Virus record (IMG/VR): IMGVR_UViG_3300024352_000021
DNA: 64,000 nucleotides
DNA from: an uncultured virus (IMG/VR IMGVR_UViG_3300024352_000021)
Taxonomy: Duplodnaviria; Heunggongvirae; Uroviricota; Caudoviricetes
Direction: 5' to 3' (one strand)
Under the pieces are notes generated by a model. It ran no database searches, had not been told where the DNA came from, and saw only the letters and a program-made list of their open reading frames with translations. Below, piece after piece: positions 26,768 to 36,421 of this stretch (positions are counted from its first letter, which is position 1; every line of letters starts with the position of its first letter). The translations under genes were made by a program, and so were the position numbers.

Positions 26768-29107
26768 GTGGCAGATCTCAAGATTTCTCAGCTAACGTCC
26801 CTGCCCGGCGGCAGTGTTGACGCTGCGGATGAATTACCGATCGTCCACCTCGCTGAGACCCGCAAGGTCACGGTCAAAAACCTGCTGGAAGGCGGTGTTG
26901 GCGACATGGACGCCGCCACAATCCCTAGCGCAAAGATTGATTTTGCCGCTGGTTCGATTGTTGCTGCCTCGTTGGCAACCGACGCTGTAACAACCGCCAA
27001 GATCCAAAACGACGCCGTAACTGGCGCCAAACTTGCCAACGACTCCGCTGCCGTTGTTAGTAGCACCCTGCCGGCTGCGGGTGATTTTGAAGGCCAACTC
27101 CATATTGATAGCGACGACAACAAGGCGTCCTACTGGAACGGCAGCACCTGGCTGGATCTCAAAGCCAAGGGTTCCGTCAACACCGTCACTGGCGACACCG
27201 CAGGCATCGTCAACCTGACGGCTACCGCCAACGGCGACACCATCGCCCTGACCACCTCGCTGGATAACACCAGCGCCGCCAACCAATTCCTCGCCGGTCC
27301 GACAAACGCCGCTGGTGCAGCCGCCTACCGGACCATTGATCCCAGTGACCTACCGGTAGCCAACACCTCGTTGCGTGGTGCGGTGATCGTCAACGGCAAT
27401 GGCCTGACGATGGATGCCGGCGTCATCGAGATCGACAACGCTGTTGCTGCGCAAAACAGCCCGGTCTTCCACAAGATCGCCTACAACGCCCAGGGTCTGA
27501 TCACCAGTAGCTCCTCGGTTGCTGGCGCTGATCTGCCGATTGCCACGGCTAGTAGCACGGGTGCAGTCCAGCCCGGAACTGGTTTAGCAGTCACAGGCGC
27601 TGGCGTCCTAAACCACGACAACGCGATTGCTGCCGGCACCACCAGCGGCATCAGTTACGACACCGAGGGGCACATCACCAACGCGGTGCCTTTGGTTGAG
27701 GCTGATATTCCCAACCTGCCCGCCACCAAGATCACCACCGGCTCGCTGGATATTGCGCGTATCGCCGCCAACACGGTGACCGGCGCCAAGTTGGCGAACT
27801 ACGCCATCACCAAGATCGGTGATACCCAGCCGACCGCCGACCAAATCGGTCAGTTCTTCTTTAACCCGCTGACCCGAGACCTGTATCTCTGGGACGGCAA
27901 CGTGTACCAGCCCATCGGCATCTCGGTGGGTGAGATCGTTTTTGCTGGCACGTTTGACGCATCGGCTGGTGGTGGCACCGGTCTTGTGGCGTCGGTGACG
28001 GATGAAGGAACCGCCATTGGTCTTGTTGTTGGGCAAGCACTGCCTGCCGCCGCTGCAGCCAACAACCGCTATTACCTCGTGGTTAGCGAGGCTGGCACGA
28101 TTACCAGCGGTAACGCCCCACAAGTTGCGCTAAGTCCACCGGACATTGTGTTGTCCAACGGCAACGAGTGGACTGAGGTTGACGTTTCCCAGACGATCAC
28201 CAGCGTCAGCGCCAACCAAGTCAGCTTTACCCCCGCTGGAAGCATTGCGGCCAGCAACGTCCAAGCTGCAATCGAAGAGCTGGACACTGAAAAACTGCCC
28301 AAGGCAGGTGGCACGGTCACTGGTGAACTGCTGATCGGGAATACAGGCAGCCTGGTCTTTGAAGGCTCAACTGATAACGCCTTTGAGACGACGGTTGCAG
28401 TCACTGATCCCACGGCTGACCGCACGATCACCCTGCCCAACGTATCCGGCACTGTCGTTACTACCGGCGATACGGGCAGTGTCACCAGCACAATGATTGC
28501 CGATGGCACGATCGTTGATGGTGACGTGAACGCCAGCGCCGCGATTGCCGGCAGCAAAATTCAAGCCGCCACTACCAGTAACGCTGGCGCAGTTCAACTC
28601 ACCGATTCCACCAGCAGCACCAGCACAAGCACGGCCGCCACACCCAATGCGGTGAAGTCGGCGTATGACCTAGCCAACGCTGCGCTGCCGAAAGCCGGCG
28701 GCACGATGACTGGCACGATCACCTTCGCTGCTGGTCAAACAATTAGCGGCTACGGCGCACTGGATACTGCGTCGACGTGGACAAAAGGACAACGCGGAGA
28801 AATTACAGCCCTGACGGATGGGGCAACGATTACACCCGATTTCGCTGACTCCAACAATTTCAGCGTGACACTCGGTGGTAACCGCACATTGGCCAACCCA
28901 AGTAACCTCGTGGCAGGTCAATCCGGTTGTATCTGGATCACACAGGATGGCACTGGATCACGCACCTTGGCTTATGGCAGCTACTGGGACTTCACCGGTG
29001 GTACGGCACCGACATTGACGACAACGGCTAGTGCCCGCGATTGCCTGGTGTACTCGGTGCAATCCACGACTCAGATCACTGCAACCCTGATTACCAACCT
29101 GAGCTGA
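26768..29107 (+). CDS. Tail fibre protein
   Basis: MADLKISQL start; Ala/Thr/Gly repeats; GAVQL..AATPNAVKSAYD fibre repeat. Confidence 0.8.
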   Translation: MADLKISQLTSLPGGSVDAADELPIVHLAETRKVTVKNLLEGGVGDMDAATIPSAKIDFAAGSIVAASLATDAVTTAKIQNDAVTGAKLANDSAAVVSSTLPAAGDFEGQLHIDSDDNKASYWNGSTWLDLKAKGSVNTVTGDTAGIVNLTATANGDTIALTTSLDNTSAANQFLAGPTNAAGAAAYRTIDPSDLPVANTSLRGAVIVNGNGLTMDAGVIEIDNAVAAQNSPVFHKIAYNAQGLITSSSSVAGADLPIATASSTGAVQPGTGLAVTGAGVLNHDNAIAAGTTSGISYDTEGHITNAVPLVEADIPNLPATKITTGSLDIARIAANTVTGAKLANYAITKIGDTQPTADQIGQFFFNPLTRDLYLWDGNVYQPIGISVGEIVFAGTFDASAGGGTGLVASVTDEGTAIGLVVGQALPAAAAANNRYYLVVSEAGTITSGNAPQVALSPPDIVLSNGNEWTEVDVSQTITSVSANQVSFTPAGSIAASNVQAAIEELDTEKLPKAGGTVTGELLIGNTGSLVFEGSTDNAFETTVAVTDPTADRTITLPNVSGTVVTTGDTGSVTSTMIADGTIVDGDVNASAAIAGSKIQAATTSNAGAVQLTDSTSSTSTSTAATPNAVKSAYDLANAALPKAGGTMTGTITFAAGQTISGYGALDTASTWTKGQRGEITALTDGATITPDFADSNNFSVTLGGNRTLANPSNLVAGQSGCIWITQDGTGSRTLAYGSYWDFTGGTAPTLTTTASARDCLVYSVQSTTQITATLITNLS

Positions 29108-31854
29108 TGATTCCCGGAAGCGCCAATCCCCTGCTACTTCGTAGCGCCGCCGCCACTGGCTACCAGATCCAGAGAAGCCTCCGCTTCAACAGTAGTGACA
29201 GTGCCTACTTGTCCAGAACGCCTGCATCAGCGGGTAACAGGAAGACGTGGACCTGGGCGGGGTGGGTGAAGAGGAGTGCGCTTGGATCGAACCAAGCGCT
29301 TTTTGGTGCATTTGGGAGCGGCATTGTTCAGTGCATCTTTGCTTCATCAGATGTTCTGAGATTTCAAGTTTTTACCGGAAGTAACTATGTTCTAGATACG
29401 ACGCAGGTTTTTAGAGACTGTTCTGCCTGGTATCACATCGTTGTAGCGTTTGACTCCACACAGTCCACTGCTTCCGACAGGACAAAGCTCTACGTCAATG
29501 GCTCTCAGGTTACAGCGCTGACAGGCAGTTATGCGCCTCAGAATACGGATGGCGTATGGAATAATGCGATTGCAAATAACATCGGCCAAACAGGTGAAAG
29601 CGGATACAACTATTACCTCAACGGCTACCTCGCCGACATCTACTTCATCGACGGCCAAGCCCTAACCCCATCCAGCTTCACAGAAGTCAGTGCCACTACT
29701 GGGCAACTGATTCCTAAGGCGTACACCGGCAGTTACGGCACCAACGGATTCCGCCTTCCATTCAGCGATAACTCCACCGCCGCCGCACTAGGGACGGACA
29801 TTAGTGGGAATGGGAATAACTGGGTCGCTTACAATCTCAGTGTTTCTACAGGGGCATCCTTTAATGTCTTGGCACTGAGCACGTCCAGTGGTGCAAGCCT
29901 CACCAGCGTTGCATCGCTTTCTTCGTTGGGAAGTGGCGTTAAGTTCTTTACATCTCCATCTACACCCATAAACTGTCTAACTGCTGACTTCGGGGTTGTC
30001 AGCACGTATTCCATATACAGCTCGCTATATGACCCCGCATTTAATGGAGAGATAGCCGTCAGTAATGACGGGACAAATTGGACCAGCATAGCCAAAAACC
30101 AGCGCCCGTTTGTGTTTACAGGTCGTTATATTCAGTGGGCGAAGGCAGATGCCGGATACTCAAGCGCAAGATTAAATACGAGAATATTGCGGCACTTTTC
30201 AGACTCCACTGCCGATCACCCGCTCTCGAGCGGCGCTGACTCGGGCGCAGGCGGGCAGGTTGGCGGCAACTACGCCACATGGAATCCTTTGGTACCGTCT
30301 GGCGGGACAACACTATCCGATGGAAACACTAGGGTAGATTCAGATACAAATACAAACCCTAACGTTACAGCAACGATTGCTGTCTCATCCGGGAAATGGT
30401 ACTGGGAGCATGAGTTTGCTGGGTATAACGGATACCTTGGAGTTGGCATCATGAATATAACGGGTATTGCGGGAAACAACAATACATCTGCCTGGGCAGG
30501 CGCCGATCCCGCCAATACTACAACTCCAGTTTATGGGCTTGACTACCAGGGCCGGAAATGGAGCCCTTCCGGCAAAAGCCAAGCGTACACGACTGCTCCC
30601 TCTGCGCTTGACGCAATCGGTGTTGCGTTTGACGCAACTAATGGAACTCTTGAGTTCTTCTACAACGGCGTAAGTCAAGGTATCGCGTTTACAGGAATCC
30701 CCGCAGGTACTTATCTGCCAATTTTTACAGCAAGAGAGAATGGTGCACAATGGTGGGGTGCTGGTGAGTATTTTGTATCCTTCGGCCAACGCCCCTTCGC
30801 CTACGCGGCCCCCAGCGGCTTCAAGGCGCTGTGCGACACCAACCTTCCCGCCCCAGTAGTCGCCAAGCCTTCGACGGTGATGGATGTTGCCTTATGGACT
30901 GGCAACGGTTCAGCTCGCAGCATCACTGGCTTAGGTTTCTCGCCTGACTTTGTTTGGATTAAAGGAAGATCCGGTGCAACCGATCACGCTCTGTATGACG
31001 CAGTGCGTGGGGCAACTATTGATCTGGTCAGCAATAGTACAGCCGCTGAGACAACTCAAACTCAGGGTTTAACAGCCTTCAACAGCGACGGTTTCAGCCT
31101 TGGAACACTGGCCAAGGTCAACACCAACTCAGCCACCTATGCAGGGTGGGCCTGGGACGCCGGCACAACAACATCATCCAACGGATCAGGCTCCATCACT
31201 AGTCAGGTGAGAGCCAATGCTTCAAGCGGTTTTTCCGTAGTGAGCTGGAGCGGAGTGAATGGAGCCAATGGCACTATCGGTCACGGCCTTGGGGTGGCAC
31301 CACAGTTTGCGATTCTGAAGAATAGAGGAACCGCTGACAACTGGCGCGTCTATCACGTCAGCGTCGGTGCAACCGGCTTTTTGCAGCTTGCTAGCACCGG
31401 AGCAACTGTTACCTCCGATGAGTTTCAGAACACATCACCAACTTCCAGTGTGTTCTACTTGCGCGGCAATACTTGGAACGCTGCAAGTAACAATTACATC
31501 GGTTATTTCTTCGCCCCAGTAGCCGGGTACAGTAGTGGGTTCAGTTACACAGGCAACGGATCGACAGATGGCGTCTTCGTGTATCTCGGGCTGCGTGCCA
31601 AGTTGTTGTTAATTAAGCGCACGAATGCAACTGGTAACTGGTATCTCTGGGACACCGTTCGCAATACTTATAACGTCGTGGGCGAGGAACTGTACCCAAA
31701 CCTCTCCAACGCGGCGGCAACTGCAACTGACTTGGATATTTTGTCCAACGGTTTTAAGATGCGATCAACGGCAGCAGATTTCAACGCATCTGGCGGCACA
31801 TACATTGGTTTTGCTTGGGCAGAGGCGCCCTTTGCCTATAGCCGTGCTCGCTGA
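29107..31854 (+). CDS. Tail fibre/receptor-binding protein with LamG and SPRY-like domains
   Basis: SLRFNS..WTWAGWVKR, WYHIVVAFD (LamG-like); SSGKWYWE (SPRY-like). Confidence 0.75.
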   Translation: MIPGSANPLLLRSAAATGYQIQRSLRFNSSDSAYLSRTPASAGNRKTWTWAGWVKRSALGSNQALFGAFGSGIVQCIFASSDVLRFQVFTGSNYVLDTTQVFRDCSAWYHIVVAFDSTQSTASDRTKLYVNGSQVTALTGSYAPQNTDGVWNNAIANNIGQTGESGYNYYLNGYLADIYFIDGQALTPSSFTEVSATTGQLIPKAYTGSYGTNGFRLPFSDNSTAAALGTDISGNGNNWVAYNLSVSTGASFNVLALSTSSGASLTSVASLSSLGSGVKFFTSPSTPINCLTADFGVVSTYSIYSSLYDPAFNGEIAVSNDGTNWTSIAKNQRPFVFTGRYIQWAKADAGYSSARLNTRILRHFSDSTADHPLSSGADSGAGGQVGGNYATWNPLVPSGGTTLSDGNTRVDSDTNTNPNVTATIAVSSGKWYWEHEFAGYNGYLGVGIMNITGIAGNNNTSAWAGADPANTTTPVYGLDYQGRKWSPSGKSQAYTTAPSALDAIGVAFDATNGTLEFFYNGVSQGIAFTGIPAGTYLPIFTARENGAQWWGAGEYFVSFGQRPFAYAAPSGFKALCDTNLPAPVVAKPSTVMDVALWTGNGSARSITGLGFSPDFVWIKGRSGATDHALYDAVRGATIDLVSNSTAAETTQTQGLTAFNSDGFSLGTLAKVNTNSATYAGWAWDAGTTTSSNGSGSITSQVRANASSGFSVVSWSGVNGANGTIGHGLGVAPQFAILKNRGTADNWRVYHVSVGATGFLQLASTGATVTSDEFQNTSPTSSVFYLRGNTWNAASNNYIGYFFAPVAGYSSGFSYTGNGSTDGVFVYLGLRAKLLLIKRTNATGNWYLWDTVRNTYNVVGEELYPNLSNAAATATDLDILSNGFKMRSTAADFNASGGTYIGFAWAEAPFAYSRAR

Positions 31855-31923
31855 CACAAACCCTGCCCCACAAGTGAACACGACTACGCACCCCGCCTAA
31901 AGTAGTACCAACGCGCCACGCCC

Positions 31924-32448
31924 ATGTTTATCCTCGACGGCAAGCCACTGAGCCCAGACGTGGCGTTCACGGCAAACGGCATCCAATACCCTGCCAACTG
32001 GCTTCGCCTTTCCAGTCCTGAGGAGCGTGCCGCCATCGGCATCACCGAAGTACCAGATCCAGCTCCCTACGATCAGCGCTTTTACTGGGGCTACGACCAA
32101 AACAACCAACTAATCCCCAAAGATCACGGTCAACTGGTGGAGCAGTGGACACAGCAAACCCGCACCACAGCCAACACCCTGCTGCAGCCAACCGATTGGG
32201 TGATCATCCGCGAGGCCGATAACGGCAAAGCAGCAGATCCGCTGCTAAAAACTTGGCGCCAAGACGTGCGCTTCGCTGCCGGCGACAAAATTACTGCTAT
32301 CGAGGCAACGGTTTCTACCGCTGATCTAGCTGCCTACATTACTGGCATGGAATACCCCGTCTGGCCCGGTGATCCCTACACTCCTGTTGCTGATGCTCCT
32401 GCTGACGGGCTGGAGTTTTCTGGCAATGGCGTCACTGCAGGATTCTGA
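31924..32448 (+). CDS. Tail fibre assembly-like protein
   Basis: YPANWL, LLQPTDWVIIRE and WRQDVR motifs. Confidence 0.65.
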   Translation: MFILDGKPLSPDVAFTANGIQYPANWLRLSSPEERAAIGITEVPDPAPYDQRFYWGYDQNNQLIPKDHGQLVEQWTQQTRTTANTLLQPTDWVIIREADNGKAADPLLKTWRQDVRFAAGDKITAIEATVSTADLAAYITGMEYPVWPGDPYTPVADAPADGLEFSGNGVTAGF

Positions 32449-32585
32449 TGGCAACTAAATCCAAGACCGCACTGGGACGTATTGAGCACACAGCCGGACG
32501 CCCCAAAACGACAAGTCAGGGTTATGGGCAACACTCACGTCCTCGCCGCCGTGGCAAGAAAAAGCTAGTCGGGCAAGGGCGCTAA
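32448..32585 (+). CDS. Small basic protein
   Basis: MATKSKTALGRIEH..RRRGKKKLVGQGR; coupled start. Confidence 0.55.
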   Translation: MATKSKTALGRIEHTAGRPKTTSQGYGQHSRPRRRGKKKLVGQGR

Positions 32586-32616
32586 ATTAGAGAAAAGGTC
32601 GGCAGTATGCCTCGCA

Positions 32617-32871
32617 ATGGAACACAACGACGAGGCTTTTAACGCTGCTCCAGAACACCCCAACCCTTTCAACCAAGCCGTACCAGCTCTATTGACCGCA
32701 GCGGTCATGGGTCTGGGCGGCCTTTTTATGCAAGTTGCCAAGCTGGATCAGTCGGTTAGCACGGTTGCCGCAGATATACAAGAGCTTAAAAACGATAGTA
32801 AAGAGCGGCTAGCAGACCTAGAAAATAGAGTGCGTCAGATCGAAATGACCGTAGGCCGTTACAACAAATGA
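32617..32871 (+). CDS. Membrane protein with coiled coil (holin/spanin-like)
   Basis: One hydrophobic segment plus coiled coil, near the endolysin. Confidence 0.5.
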   Translation: MEHNDEAFNAAPEHPNPFNQAVPALLTAAVMGLGGLFMQVAKLDQSVSTVAADIQELKNDSKERLADLENRVRQIEMTVGRYNK

Positions 32872-33050
32872 GCGTCGTACACACCACCGATTTTGGAAAC
32901 GGCTACACGTTGGATCAGTTGGAAAACGAGCGCGGTGAGCTGTACTACCGCGCCTGCCTAAACAGCGTCTGCCGCTACGCCGAAGACCACTACATCGCGA
33001 TGATGTACCTCGAAGGTATGGGCTGGGATCCTAAAGCAGACCACCAGTAA
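32868..33050 (+). CDS. Hypothetical protein
   Basis: Coupled ORF. Confidence 0.5.
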   Translation: MSVVHTTDFGNGYTLDQLENERGELYYRACLNSVCRYAEDHYIAMMYLEGMGWDPKADHQ

Positions 33051-33348
33051 TCCACTGCACGATTGCATCTTCGCGATACGGCTCCCAAAAATCCTGCTGC
33101 CTGTACCATTCGATCCAGTCCTCCGCCGACTTCGAGATGTTGCAGGCAAAGCAGCAAGCCACCAAATTCTGCTGGTGCGTATGACCACCCCGCATCTTGG
33201 GGTGAACATGATCCAGCGTCGCCGACCTACCTAAATCAGCAGCACAGTATGCGCACTTATTTTCCCAATGTTTAAGGATTGATTGCCTAAATCGCGCCTT
33301 TGCTTCTTTTTTGTTTAAGTATTCGCCATCTTCAATGCGATGGTCCAT
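33031..33348 (-). CDS. HNH endonuclease (McrA-like Zn finger)
   Basis: CAYC..TLDHVHPK.RGG..NLVACCFACN. Confidence 0.85.
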   Translation of the reverse strand: MDHRIEDGEYLNKKEAKARFRQSILKHWENKCAYCAADLGRSATLDHVHPKMRGGHTHQQNLVACCFACNISKSAEDWIEWYRQQDFWEPYREDAIVQWITGGLL

Positions 33349-33446
33349 ACCCAGCAGTGGCTCCACAGAATGTAGCGGTAGAAACTATTACGCGCACTGG
33401 TCTTCTTTTCTAGTACAGCTAAACTCAAGAAAAGCCACAGCTTTTT

Positions 33447-33590
33447 ATGACTGACCAGCAAATCGCCGTTGCCGCAGTTGTCGTAGCCGCCGGCTCCGAA
33501 CTAATCGGCATGAGCAATCTGAAGTCCAACAGCTGGATTCAGCTTGGACTGCAGGCATTAAAACTGGCGTTCCCAAAGCGCCGCCGCTAA
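33447..33590 (+). CDS. Putative holin
   Basis: 47-aa hydrophobic ORF with basic tail, directly before the endolysin. Confidence 0.55.
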   Translation: MTDQQIAVAAVVVAAGSELIGMSNLKSNSWIQLGLQALKLAFPKRRR

Positions 33591-33609
33591 TCCACGCGAG
33601 GGCCTTGTT

Positions 33610-34737
33610 ATGGCAAACAACAAACTCCGCCTCAACGATTTGTTTCGGTTCTACAAAGGTCTGCCCCACCAAATGGCAGCCATCACCGAACTGGAGCAAG
33701 CCATCAACAAGGCCAACCCCCATATTCTTGGTCGCGACCAAGGCTGGTTCAAAACCTGGAGCGTCGCCGGCAAGCAAAGCAACTTCCCCAACAGCTGGGA
33801 AGGAATCCTTGAAGCAGCCCGTGTCGCCGGCGCAAAATTTCCAGAACTTGTAGCCGCGCAGTGGGCACTGGAATCCAACTACGGAAAGCTGGTTTCAGGC
33901 AGAAACAACTTTTTTGGTCTTAAGGGCGAAGGCAGCGACAAGAAAACCCAAGAATTTATTAACGGCCAATGGGTCACAATCACCGACAGTTTTATCGACT
34001 TTCCCGACTTACTGTCCTGCGTGATGTACCTAGTCGATCACTGGTACAAAGACTACAAATCGTATAAAGGCTGCAATAACGCTGCAACCCGCGACGAAGC
34101 CGCCAAGTGGTTACATAAAGAAGGATATGCAACGGATCCGAATTATCCAGGCAAGCTAATTGAGCTGATGAATCAGCACGCTGGAACACAACCGCTGGTT
34201 ACACCAAAAGAAAAAATCCTCAAGGTTGCCTACGAATATCAGCTTGGTGCGGATGACGGAGCGACCGGCTATCGCCAGTGCTTCAGCTCCAGCTGCGCAA
34301 TGGTGGCTCGGTACTACGGCAAGATCTCCGGCGACTACGAATACAACAAGATCCGCGCCCGCTTTGGCGATACAACCGATCCCAAAGCCCAGATTGCAGC
34401 ACTCAAATCACTGGGACTAACCGCCACCTTTGAGATGGATGGCACGGTGGAAGATCTAGAGACCGAAATCACCCACGGCCACCCCGTACCAGTCGGCTGG
34501 TTACACAAAGGACCGGTCAGCAACCCGAGCGGCACCGGCCACTGGAGCGTTGTAATCGGATTTACACCGACGCACTTCATCCACAACGATCCATTCGGCG
34601 AGGCAAATCTGACTGCTGGCGGCTACGTCAGTAACAAGGGAGGCGCTGGCATCGCGTATTCCCGCAAAAACTGGCTGCCTCGCTGGCTCATCGAAGGCAA
34701 CGACACCGGCTGGTTTATGAAAATTCGCCAGAGGTAA
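33610..34737 (+). CDS. Endolysin: GH73 glucosaminidase plus C39-like peptidase
   Basis: AQWALES, NNFFGLK, GYATDPNY; QCFSSSCAM, GHWSVV, HNDP. Confidence 0.85.
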   Translation: MANNKLRLNDLFRFYKGLPHQMAAITELEQAINKANPHILGRDQGWFKTWSVAGKQSNFPNSWEGILEAARVAGAKFPELVAAQWALESNYGKLVSGRNNFFGLKGEGSDKKTQEFINGQWVTITDSFIDFPDLLSCVMYLVDHWYKDYKSYKGCNNAATRDEAAKWLHKEGYATDPNYPGKLIELMNQHAGTQPLVTPKEKILKVAYEYQLGADDGATGYRQCFSSSCAMVARYYGKISGDYEYNKIRARFGDTTDPKAQIAALKSLGLTATFEMDGTVEDLETEITHGHPVPVGWLHKGPVSNPSGTGHWSVVIGFTPTHFIHNDPFGEANLTAGGYVSNKGGAGIAYSRKNWLPRWLIEGNDTGWFMKIRQR

Positions 34738-34739
34738 CG

Positions 34740-34961
34740 ATGCGCCCCATCGAGCATACCGCCGAATCCAGCTTCCACAAAGCCGCCACCGACAAATGGC
34801 TGGTGGATCTTTTCAACAAACAGGACTATCGCGGTCTACTGGAAGCCGCCCTTGTCTTGAACACGCTCCACCAGCTGGAACGAACAAAATCGGCCTGGGC
34901 TATCCGCGAAGCCGCCGATAACCTGGCCGATCAATTCGGACTAGACCGCGACTCGGCCTAG
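34740..34961 (+). CDS. Hypothetical protein
   Basis: Last + strand ORF before the convergence point. Confidence 0.6.
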   Translation: MRPIEHTAESSFHKAATDKWLVDLFNKQDYRGLLEAALVLNTLHQLERTKSAWAIREAADNLADQFGLDRDSA

Positions 34962-36421
34962 CGCTGGTTGTACTTCTGGTAGAGGCCGGTGTACGTGTGG
35001 TGATTTGGATGCTCTGGATTGGAGCGCCCATCCCATTCGTACAGCTTTTCGAGCAGATCCATCCGGGCGTGATCAACGATCACTTGGCCCCAGTTCTGCC
35101 GCGCCCAATCAGCGAGTTCAGGATTGCTCATTTTTACTCTCCACGAGTTTGAGACGACGCCGGGCCGATTCTTTCGGACCATTGTTCGAGCGCACCAGCT
35201 TAGGCTTTTTCGCCGCAGTTTCCGGCACCTCAATCTTGCAGTTGGGGTAACGGTTTGTAGCAAAAGTGATCGCTTGCTGGAGCGATTCCGCCCGCACCAA
35301 ATCGCGCATAGCGCCCTGACCGGGCAGCCAAATCTTCAATTCAAACAAAGACGTTTTTTCCGCACTGGTGCGAGAGCGTCCCTCACCTAAGCGCAGTTCC
35401 GGGTCTGTTTGTTGCTGGAACGGTACTACTTCCATGATCTGGGATAGGCGGGTTCGTCGATGCTATGAACAGCAACAGCGCTGTTAGTGCACTCAGCAAC
35501 AGTTCGCGCCGCAGCGATAGCTCGCTCGTACGTGACCCAACTGGATGCGTCTTCCTTGGATGCGGTGAGACCAATACCTTTGCCAGGGCCATAAACCGCC
35601 GTAACCCAGCGATCCTCGACCATGACGACATAGCGCGTCATTACCTTTGAATGAATTACTGTGTAAGCCTAGTAAGTTTAGCCTGCTGGAACCAGACTAT
35701 GAAGACATTTCACTGAGTCTCATGCGTCAGTTTCTGACACATCTTCTGATTGCTTGGAGCGCATCCTTCCCTGCACCCGCCGTTGCACCGACTCCGCCCA
35801 AGCCGCCTTATCAGCAGCTTCCGCAGCCTTGTAATCCGACGTTGGAACAGCCTTCTCCAAAGCGGCGTAAACCATATCCCTCAACATTCCAGTTACCCGC
35901 TTGCCTTCACTGGCTGCAAGCTGCTCGGCCAATTTGTAGCGATGGCTGTCAAGCAGCAACTGGCAATAAATTTTTGACCCGTGCTTCAGCGGCATTGCTG
36001 CTTCTCTAGTCTGCTACACAGTAGCATACTGCGACACACTAGACCCGCCACCGCACGTCATCATCCACATCCTTCCGCCAAGCATTGGACTGCGCCGCCC
36101 TTGCACTGGAGCGTTGCTTGGTACAACCCTTCCGAATCCCCCGCGCCCACTCCAAAAACGCGGCAGCCCGATGCAAATCCGCAGTCTTTGCCTGCCGAAT
36201 CTCCCGCATCAGCCACTCCATCACAAGTTCTCTACCTGTGCGGCTGCGACTCATAAGACTAAATCTGAGACTCGCAAGATCGACTGAACATGCTGATCAG
36301 GGCAAAGCTCCAGTGCCTTCATCCTTGCGGCGAAAGCATCTGGAGCGATGACGTACAGATCGTGAGTACCACCGTGACGCGGATGCATCCGCACGCGGTA
36401 CTCGACCTGCTCCTCGTTCAC
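34958..36421 (-). other. Six small hypothetical genes (34958-35131, 35118-35435, 35426-35641, 35720-35995, 36039-36254, 36251-36421)
   Basis: Co-oriented, mostly overlapping ORFs; 35720-35995 looks like a small DNA-binding protein. Confidence 0.55.

Noticed and set aside
26768..31854. Diversity-generating retroelement targeting the fibres
   Set aside because: No reverse transcriptase and no template/variable repeat pair differing at adenines was seen.
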